From Zygnema circumcarinatum SAG 698-1b (lineage: Eukaryota > Plantae > Zygnematophyceae): 64,000 nucleotides of DNA. The stretch is taken from assembly GCA_037447605.1 (NCBI GenBank), contig CM074808.1, positions 2,294,001 to 2,358,000 on the forward strand. Direction: 5' to 3'. Below, one piece after another: positions 13,131 through 22,602 of this stretch (positions are counted from its first letter, which is position 1; each line of letters begins with the position of its first letter). Below the pieces are notes generated by a model. The model was not told where the DNA came from and did no database searches. It worked only from the letters and a program-made list of their open reading frames with translations. The translations under genes were made by a program, and so were the position numbers.

Positions 13131-16100
13131 ACAGGAACTGGGGGATACTCCAATGATGTGATGGGAAAAGCTCGACCATTGCTGGAGCCTCCTTGAGCTC
13201 GGTCCATAACACCGGTGCCAGGACCCATATATGCAACATTGCCCTCTTTTCGACCAGGCATTCCTGAACTCGATGTGAAGCCATTTTTTCGCTCACGTTG
13301 CACCCTTCCCTTGCTTGTGCTAACCCACTCTTCAGGCGAGGATGGCGGACCCTTCCATGCATGTCCTTCCCATGGCTCTCCTGCATCTGAGGAAGAAGGT
13401 GTGTCCAGATCATCAGATAGTGTGCGACCATTCTCTAGATGATCCCTATATCGACCTTCTTCTTTACTACCACTACCATCCCCAATTCTAAACTGGACTG
13501 CAGAACCTTCTCGTCCCGTATAGGGCCTGCTGACTTCTCGTGATGGTGTACCAAACTTATGTTGCTCAGCTTCCCCTAAGCTCTGAAAACTTGAACTATG
13601 GTGCCCATTAGTAATTGTGCGCTCAATTCCGGTGCTCTGCACATCTTCGTCTGATGACGTTTTGCTGTCAGGACTGCCCCATTCCCCTGAATTTCCATTC
13701 CTCCCATCGGGACTGTCAGCCCTGCCCGTAATTGAGTTCCTCTTGCCCCTCCTACGATTCTGAAGCGAACCCCAATATTCTGACATTGAACGGCGGATGC
13801 CTTTTCCACTAGTCAGGCTTGTAGGCCTCTTCACTGGAAAGGGCTCCATGGAATCGGCTCGCGGAAATAAAGGCCGTGCCACCTTATCACCCTTCTCCTG
13901 ACCGTTCCAATCCCATGAGTTGCTTCCTCCTGTCCTCTCCCCCGCTGGAGAGGCAGATCCACGGAACTCCCACCTATTGCTCTCGCTTCGCCTTCGTGCA
14001 TCCCAGGAAGGTGCAGCTAAAGATGATGGACCAACCGGCAATCTCCATATGTCTCGCTCTTCCTCATCTGAACCTGCAACACTCCATGACTCTCCTAGCG
14101 CGTCTGTGACTGCAGCAGCTGCCGCTGCGCCTGCAGCTGCTGCTGCCATCGGCCCAGAATCTGCTACAGCAGATGCTGATGCCGCTGCAACTGCAGCCGC
14201 CTTTGAGGTGTCCTCTCTGCATGATGCCCGAACAACAACTAATTATTCGAATACGATATGATAGAAGGTGTCAAATTAAACGTAGTGCAGCAGGTATCAC
14301 CATCTCGAATTGGACAGGCCAACAGACTGAAAAATACATTTACCTGCATCGTTCAACAAGGGCATGTGCGGCAGCCGGATTAGACCCAAAGTGAAGGTGC
14401 ACATAAGAAGCTAACACAGCGCCAACAACGTAGCCGCCCTCATCCAGATTCGTGCTGGCCCCCACAACCTGCATATCAAACCTGCCAAACTCCACAGTGT
14501 CGCGGACAGGTCAATCTATGCCAAGAAAGGTCAGCCACGTCTCCATGTACTGTTGATCTAATAATGCAATTTCAAGTTGACAGCATGTGAAATATTGCAC
14601 AAATGAATTTTTTGCATCCAAATTGGGATACTATCGCTGTTCTTTTCCTTCTGTCAGCAATAGCGTGCTTGCTGAGAGGATGAATCAAAAAATCGCACAC
14701 ACGTATTCCTCATTGTACGGGCTTCAACCAAGCAAACAAATAGAAACAACAAGGCTTGGATCTTTCAGCAGAAGTTCAGTCGCTCTAGGTGTTTAAAGTC
14801 TTCAGCCTCATGTTCTAAAACCACCCAATTTAACTCTAATCAATAATGTCCTCTATCCATTCTGTCGCACATAGTCACCTCGAGCGGCAGATATCTCTGG
14901 GCGGGCTCCCAATAGACAAGAATAGATTGGTGGCATGATACAGGCTCTATAGTTAAAACATGGCCCTCCGATGATCCTTTGACTTTACCCTATATTTGAA
15001 ATTCAGGCCAAAACCTGGATGGAATTCCTCAGCCCATCTCAATTGTCTTGAAAGTGGTTTGCACTCACCCTGCCTCTGGAACACAATCGCCGACCTCCGT
15101 CGTAGCCTCCGGAGGAATCACTTCACTGAAGTGAAATATTTGCCCCCGGATCTCCCCTATCTCGGGAGGGAAAATACTGTTACTTTCCTTCGGTGTCACC
15201 TGCATGAAGAGCCGCAGAGCTCACACAATATCTCAGAGAAAGCCTTCTCCTTCATGCTCGTCGACTCCGCTATCAAAAAGATGATAGCATGTCCATCCCA
15301 CTAAATCTGTCTCCCCGAAATAAAAGAGTTGCGTCCTGGTACTAACGTTAACATCTCAGCCTTCTATACGGTTGTGCCAAAACCTCATTTCAATATGCTC
15401 ACTATAGCTATGACTATATAGCTATACTATAGCTATAACTAAGCTATCATCTATCCTAGCATGTCGAAAAGCAACTGAGGAGGCATAGGGGAACGAGCCC
15501 ATTAAACATCTCAAATTACTTTGATGTGTTTAGTTGAGGAATAGGCACCAAACAATGTAAAAAGGTGCATCGTGCCATACAGTGATATAAGCTAGCTTCA
15601 TTTTTGAAACCATACGTGTCCAGAAAGGGAACACTCCACACATTGCGAAGCGCTGCCCATCTCTTGTCTGCAATACAACAAGACACGCGACAATGAAATT
15701 GCATTCCATTTCAGGGACTTCTAAGCTTCACAAACCCATCTGCGTAGTAGATCATTTGGCTTTCTCGAGCTACAGTTATACAAGCTACCAGTGTGCTATA
15801 GAAAAGCCTTGCGTATACTGTTGAAAGAAGTAAGTCGAGTTGTCGGCATTTAACGACCAGAGAAAGTGTTCATCTTTCATACAGATATTCACTCTGAACA
15901 AATGAAGGTCTTTGAATACGGCAGAAGTTGGCCAGTTTATCCACTTACGAAGATTTCCCATCATCAATAGTTTGGCCAAAGGTGTAGGTTCTCTTCATCA
16001 TGGAGCTCTGATCAGCACAAACACTTAGATAGAAGGGTATGAAACGGACCTCAATTCCTTGCGAGAGGTACATGAGGCCTCCACACTCGCCGTATATTAT

Positions 16101-19100
16101 TCCCCCTGCAGCTGCAAAAGCTCGCATGGCATACAGCATGCGAGTATTCTCCGCAAGTTTTTTGCCATGAAGCTCTGGATAACCGCCTCCTAGGTAGACA
16201 GCATCCAGTCGTGGAGGAAGCGCATCGTGCAATGGAGAGAAGAATACCAGTTCGGCACCCGCATCTGACCAGCATGTCTCCCCAACATCCCGTTATTAAG
16301 TAGAGAAACAGCCATTTGGTCCATATTCTACCGACTGCAATACTATTGACACTTGCCTCCAACGCCTTTAACTGATGGCGGTGTCTGGCATCTTCAGCAA
16401 GGCATTTCATGCAAAGTCCGGATTTGAGATGCTTTAAAGACATCCTCTAACACTGGCATCCTGCCCACGCCTCTTATCCACTGAACCAGGGGCAAGACAT
16501 GTTTTTGATTGCCAAGGAATGCCCTTCATACCACAAGGTTATGCATTCAATTTAGACACTTTTCCAGTTGTACTCACCTTTCAATAGAGCAAGATTCTCG
16601 TGGTAGTAAAAACAAAAGGCGGCATCTCGCGCTATTCCGATCCGTACCAGCTTCCCAATAGCAAGGGGTAAAGGAACTGCAGCTGTTACTGGCATTGCCT
16701 CTTCGTCACCTCCTCTGTCTTCTCCACAATCACCTTCACTGCCTTCGGGTTTCGACTCGTCTTTCGACAACAATGGAATCGATGGTACCACTTCAGCTGC
16801 CTGGTCCAAAATGCTCTCAAGGTCAATGTACTTCTCCATAAGGTCTGCCAACTTGTCTATAAGGCCCTCTGGCACGCTATCTTCCCCAGGCATGCAGAGG
16901 CCCAAGTGGCGTTCCGGAACTTCTAATCCAGGTGTCTTTGGTAATCCTCCGTACACCCTAGCTGTGGCATTGCTGCCTTCCATTGCATCTTTCAGCCACT
17001 TCAGATGGGTTAAGCTCCCAACCTGCAACTTTAAAACGTTTTAGTAATAATACCAATTTAATGGGCAAAGTCGTAGTAAAGTTGACGATGCATCAAAGGG
17101 AGTGTAATCCTTCTCCTAAAGTTGGATTGCAATAATAGCTATTGTCATATCAGAAATAACTGTCTGCAAACAGTGTGTTGTAAACATAGACTTCTGCAGT
17201 TCAATGTTCTGTATCCAGTTCACGAATCACCGCCACTACACAATAAGTTGCGTCCTAATCCCAAAATACAGTAAATCCTCATAGAAGCATCTTCGGTTGC
17301 TAAATCCACCCTTGATATATAGGTGCCTGGGACAGTGGTGTAGTTTCTATAATGAGAGAGCATCTCCTCCCGTACGGTTGCCAGTGCTGATTCAGACCTA
17401 AAAGCTATGAGAAACTAAACACGACTTGATGTAAAAATCAAGCTGTTCCATAGGTGCTACTCTGTTTCTGCCCAAACGTCTAGGGCTGAGACAAATATGA
17501 CCTTTGGGCATTAGTTATATGGCTCTCTATGATGATGGAGAGCAGAGATTCTGACGTCTGCCTTTTCTGTGACGGAGAAACAATTGCAGTATGCGAAAAG
17601 GCAGTTTTGCTGATTTCAACTGTCACGAGCAAGGTTTTCTATTTCTCATGCGCCCCGCAATGCATACCTTGTTGAATATGACGCCGGCAATTTTTAGCTC
17701 CGGATCAAAAGAGGCGTATCCATGCACCATAGCTGCTGCACTACGAGCCATTGCTGCTGCATCCAAGACCAGGAGGACGGGTGCCCCAAGAATCTTGGCC
17801 ATTTCAGCTGTGCTACCCGTTTCTGACATTCCGTCGCTCCCATCAAAAAGACCCATGACTCCCTCCACAATGGCAATGTCCGTGCTCTCATGATTGCGCC
17901 AAAAGCACTGCAGATTCACTTCCCTGTTCCCTTCAAGCCAACAGTGCACTCAGATTTGTGAGTGCTCGGCAGGAAGAAGGGTGGTGATGACTGGCAACGA
18001 AAGCAGAGTAATTAAAAAAAAAAAAAACGAATAGAATTGAGCAAAGTAAAACATTGAAATTGAGCTCCACCGCACAGCCATAAACTAGCCTAACGTGGTA
18101 CAGCCGTATACAGCAGACACTTGCCAATACCACCGTAAGAAACGCTCTAGAGATGATACAACGTGCCATGGGCACTGTCGACATGCGAAGCACCCTTGCC
18201 TCTCATCATGTTGAGCAGGAGAAATCTTGTGAGGCCCTCATGGTCAGTTTCAGCGTGGCTTTGAACTGAAGAACAAAGAATAAATTACACCTACACGGTT
18301 ACAGCCATCAAATCACGGAGACTAAACTGCCAATGCAGGCACCTGCGGGGGTACTATGCACTGTCAACAGTCCTGAAGCTACTTTTGCTCAATATGTTCC
18401 TTCCGTGTGACTTGGCGCGGCTCTACACATTTCAGATGGATGAACACCGACTTGCATGTGCTACTCAAAGATGCTGCAGAAAGCTCGGCAATAACGGCGG
18501 TGATAAATATTTCTGAAAAAAATAAAGAAAAGCTTCCCCGGTACATTTTGAAGGACCCCGGGAAACTACACAATCCTCAAGGTCCTTGTTTCCACACCTG
18601 GACAACATCCAACCATCCAAGTTGACTGATTCTCGGCCTGAAGCAGCCTTATGGTGCATTGGATCCAAAAAATCTGCACAAAATATTTAGCCCGCCGTCA
18701 AATATTCAAATTTCTTCAGTAAAACATTGTCCATGCTTTGAAAGACACTCAAGTATGCGCCGCAGGTGATAAAGATCAATCTCCCTTGCGTTCACCTTGC
18801 AAATACTACATGCTATTGGCAATGATGCACACTTTGGAACGCGGCAAGCATTCCCAGGTTCGATAACTTCAGCCTGAATGCAGCCAGAAGCTAAACGTTG
18901 GAGACTGGGCAAAACAAAGGTAAATCAACTATACAGTGAAATTCGCAACTACAGTTGCAAAATCAGCGATCATGTTTCTAGAGAATCGAAGTAGAGTTAC
19001 TTTGCAACTAACCTTACTCGCACTCTGGGAGTCACAAGCACACCGTAATAGTCAGCTTCTTAAAAATTACTAACTCTCCCTCTAGTAGGAACTTGGTACT

Positions 19101-19382
19101 TATGCAGTGATAACGCAGACAACAATTGCTAAATAAAAATTCTTGAATACCTCTGCATAGCAATGCAAACTCCAGAAAGACTTCGAACTGTCTTCTAAGC
19201 TTGGGAAACAACTGATGCGGCGCACGGATTATGTGCAGGAAGTAGAACAATTGGAGCTCACCAGGGCCAACCTTAAAGGGTTGTACTCGCAGGCCACGAC
19301 GACGAAACGCTGCCATCAGTCCAATGGCAACGAACGTCTTTCCTACACCACTGTGAGTCCCGCCAACGACTATGCTCTTCAT
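8134..19382 (-). CDS. cbiA: Fusion protein (~1178 aa): cobyrinate a,c-diamide synthase (CbiA/CobB) + low-complexity linker + BtuF/TroA-like cobalamin-binding domain. 15 exons: 19382-19262, 18673-18598, 17923-17668, 17022-16578, 16264-16050, 15667-15581, 15199-15069, 14481-14344, 14216-13081, 12814-12741, 10770-10714, 10396-10307, 9354-9244, 8932-8591, 8391-8134
   Basis: All 14 introns are GT-AG and phase-compatible; summed CDS is 3537 nt. CbiA motifs: [11 protein letters not shown]-loop, [68 protein letters not shown]. BtuF-like motifs: [79 protein letters not shown]. Confidence 0.85.
11012..11894 (+). repeat. Degenerate interstitial telomere-like array (CCCTAAA/TTTAGGG family) within intron 10 of the cbiA fusion gene
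   Basis: Dozens of CCCTAAA, CCCTGAA, CCCTACA and CCTTAA units, with short perfect runs such as AAACCCTAAACCCTAAACTCTAA and GACCCTAAACCCTAAACCC. Confidence 0.85.
14344..19382 (-). other. cobB: CbiA/CobB (ATP-dependent, glutamine amidotransferase) domain region of the fusion gene, ~490 aa, exons 1-8
   Basis: Full-length N-terminal synthetase domain plus C-terminal CobB-type GATase domain with nucleophile Cys in GECGG and the YxHxH His motif. Confidence 0.92.
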
Positions 19383-19979
19383 TGCTCCCTCCGTGTATCC
19401 TAGCTTTGAACAAAGAAAATTAGTGTTCTCGTCTACTTTGCAACTCTTTCGGAGCGTATACCAGCCTCAACTCTTCAAAGCAGTTGATGGCCAGCGACCT
19501 CCCTCAACGTTGACGAGCTGACAAAATTTCATTCAGACAACCAATTCTGCGAAACGGCAATGCGGAGCCTGCCAAGTCTGTCATTGCTTGGGCTACACCA
19601 AGTTTGCCCGGCTGAGCTCATCCATCTCCTCCCAGCATCCCCGCGATGCATACAGTTACATCATCAGATGTCGGATGACATCCCTTCCAAACACCTTCCT
19701 CCTTCCCTTCCAACCTCCTGGCGAGTGAGCGCGTAGGGGAGCCAAGCCACGCCGGGCGGGTCTCTCTCCAGGTGCAAGCGGCGCGAGTGGCAGCAGCAAA
19801 CCCTAGCACCGGCGCCGGCCAGCCACGTGGCGGGCCGGGAGGCGAGGAGGGGCGCAGGGCCGGGTAGGACACTAGGGCAGGGCCGGGGCTGGGGCAGGGG
19901 CAGGGCAAGGCGGGGCGGGGGGGCGCCTGCGCGGCCGCCACGTGCGGGGGCGCGCGCGCCGATATTTGGAGGGGGGGGG

Positions 19980-19989
19980 NNNNNNNNNN
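19980..19989. other. Assembly gap (10 N) between a poly-G run and a poly-C run
   Basis: Seen directly. Confidence 0.99.
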
Positions 19990-20021
<32 letters not shown>

Positions 20022-20141
20022 CATCGCATGGCATGGCATGGCATGGAGTGGCGTTGGGAAGGGGGACGTTCAGTGTACGGTAGTGTCGAAATCGCGTACT
20101 GTGCCGTTATCAGTGAAACATTCACGAGCAGTTCATAGCAA

Positions 20142-21856
20142 AGGATGTGGCATTGATCTCACCATGGCGATGATGCCATCAACTGTACATGGACAAAATC
20201 AGCATGGGGAACCACGAGGAACTGGTCGCAAAGGACCTAAGGACAAAAGAAAAAAGCTAGGAGCGGGAAGTTATGCCTAGGCTCAACAACGCACCCCTCC
20301 CTCGAAGCTGTCGCGAAGGTCGCCGATGTGCGGCACATCGCGCGGAGGGAGGGAGCGGCGGAAGGCCACCGACACGGTCACCAACAACCGCGGCACGCCG
20401 AGGGAGCGGAGAAGCGAGGCAACGCTGAAGGGCGACGGAAATGCATTGTCGATAAAAAGTAGTGAGGATCACCGGAGGAGGGCTTTGTTAGTGTATATTA
20501 GTTAGTGGTACATAGTTAGTTAGTGCATGTGTTTGTTTAGGAGTCTAGAAGGGCTAGGCGGCAGAGCTAGGGTCGAGCTAGGATCTGGCCGGAGTCCCGA
20601 GGTGTGCGGGAGACACTCCAGGCGCGAGTCACGGGAGACCGTCGGAGCAAGGGTCCGCAACGGATGTGAACGGCAGCCGGCTGTGTGTGCGCGAAGTGAC
20701 GTGATAGGCGCGCAACTGAAGACGCGTGACGTGACAGACGTGGCGCGCAACCGAAGACGCGTGACGTGACCGGCGCGCAGGCGTAGGCGCGTAGCGAGAC
20801 CAACGCTTAGTGTTTGCTAGCGGGGTTGGTAGCCGCCCAGGGCTGTTGCTTTGGGCAAGTATAAATTGAGAGGGAGAACATTGAGACTTAACCCTGGGTG
20901 TAGACTGCGAGAAGTTATGGGCCTAATAACGCGGCTCTAGAGCGCCATAGGAGGTTGTGAGCAGAGTCAGGCGGAGGCCATTCTAAAAGGTGCGAGAGGC
21001 GCACTAGCGAGGGAAGGAAACGAGCAACCGAATATCTTAACGGCCATGAGAACAAACTCGTCGGCAGAGTCGCACATTAGGGCTTGTCAATTATTGGGAA
21101 ACTTCCATAGTAGAAGAGCTCGAAATTAGTACATTTTCCCATGGAACGCTAGTATCTGCAAATGTACTGTTTTCAAGAAATCTCGAAGTGAAACCCCTCC
21201 GATGTTTTCAAGATTGACAAGCCCTAACGTATAGTACCATCGCGGTCCGTGCACACATTTGAGTATTGTTCAATTTTGCTTTTGGTAAGAGGAATGGAAG
21301 ATGCATTTTGCTTTGGTTGCGTTTCATGGTTCTAAACTTTCGTCTTGAAGCTCTGAAAGTTGGAACCGAGGGTTTTAGAAGCGTCGAAACGAACCTGATA
21401 AAAAAACAATTACAGTGTTTTAACAATGTCCAAAACGAACCTCGTCAACTGGTCCAACCGTCCGCATGCGCGAGCTGCTTGCATGAAAGCCGGAGGGCGC
21501 CGCTTTGCGCAAGCTAGCGCCAACGAGCGAGCGCCGCGTGGCGTCCACGTGGCGCCTCAAAAAATAGGGAAGATCAAACGCAGACGTGGGAGTTGGGAGC
21601 TCGCCGCGGCACGTGTTGGCGATTCACCGAAGAAAGGCAGGTGAAAAAGTTTAGGCGACCGTCGCGGCTGCTTCTAGGGAGGGCTTGAAGCGTTGTTGAG
21701 CCTAGGCGTAGCTTTCCGCTCCTAGCTTTTCTCTTCTCTCCTTAGGATCTTTGCGACCAGTTCCTCGTGGTTCCCAATGCTGACTTCGTCCATGTACATT
21801 TTATGGCATCATCGCCATCAAATGATCAAATCATCGTGAGATCAATGCCACATCCT
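20142..21856. mobile_element. Putative non-autonomous DNA transposon / fold-back element (~1.7 kb) with ~185-200-bp terminal inverted repeats (20142-20324 and 21654-21856)
   Basis: Arms are reverse complements, with exact blocks AGGATGTGGCATTGATCTCAC (21 bp) and GGGAACCACGAGGAACTGGTCGCAAAG (27 bp) and roughly 80-85% identity by eye. No transposase ORF inside; TSD not identified. Confidence 0.6.
21078..21226. mobile_element. Small MITE candidate (145 bp) nested in the larger inverted-repeat element
   Basis: TA|GGGCTTGTCAAT (21080-21091) ... ATTGACAAGCCC|TA (21213-21224): perfect 12-bp TIR with TA on both flanks. Confidence 0.45.
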
Positions 21857-22602
21857 CCTTCCTGATGAAAGGCAGCTACGGTACCGTATCTGGTACGTAG
21901 TCGTGCCACACGGGCTCGCTCCTTTTCTCGCTTTCGCGAATTAGTGAGCACGTCCTTTTCGGTACAGTGCGCGGCCTCGACGGGCGCAAGGGGTTGGCTC
22001 TACAGATGTAGCCGCGGGTTCCCGTGCGTGCACCTGTTGTCAGTCAGAACGATGCCTACGATGCGCGATGATTTTGATCGTCTGTCCGTGGCGGGTCGTT
22101 GTTGGAACTTGCGACTCACCACTGTTGCAGTTCGTGTTGAGTGGTGCGCTCCCTCTGTGGGATTATGATGGTATCGCTGTCATTTGCCTCACAAGTTTGA
22201 GTTTACAACCGCCCTTGAGAGGTTCGCAAACTCGTGCACGCCGCAGAGCCCGGAATAGAAGGCGAGCAGCAGAGAAACGTCGTCTCGCAGGCTGCAAACT
22301 CCCCGCCCGGTTTGCAACCCGGCGCTCCTGCGCTTCGACAGTCCCTCCGCCTCCGGGGGACGAAAGTCAAGATCGGACATTCTTCGGACCACGCGAACGA
22401 ACGCGACCTCAAAAGTTAAAAGTGGCGCGCAGGGCAGGCCCTTTGCTGCGCGCTGCTGGAGAGCGCCCTCCCTTTTGCAGGCGCGCTTCTCCGTTATGGC
22501 TATGGCGACAGCGAGCATGTTGCACGGGAGGCGTGCGGCTGCCCGAAGCGCTTAACGCATCTCGTTCTCTTCTCCTTGGGATGCGCTGCATTGAAGCGCA
22601 GC

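Noticed and set aside
17900-19700. Cobalamin riboswitch in the 5' region or first introns of the cbiA fusion gene
   Set aside because: No recognisable B12-box (GCCCCCGCAACTGT-like) in sense orientation. Only a partial TTGCAACTGT near 18950, without the rest of the aptamer. Cobalamin riboswitches are not established in eukaryotes.
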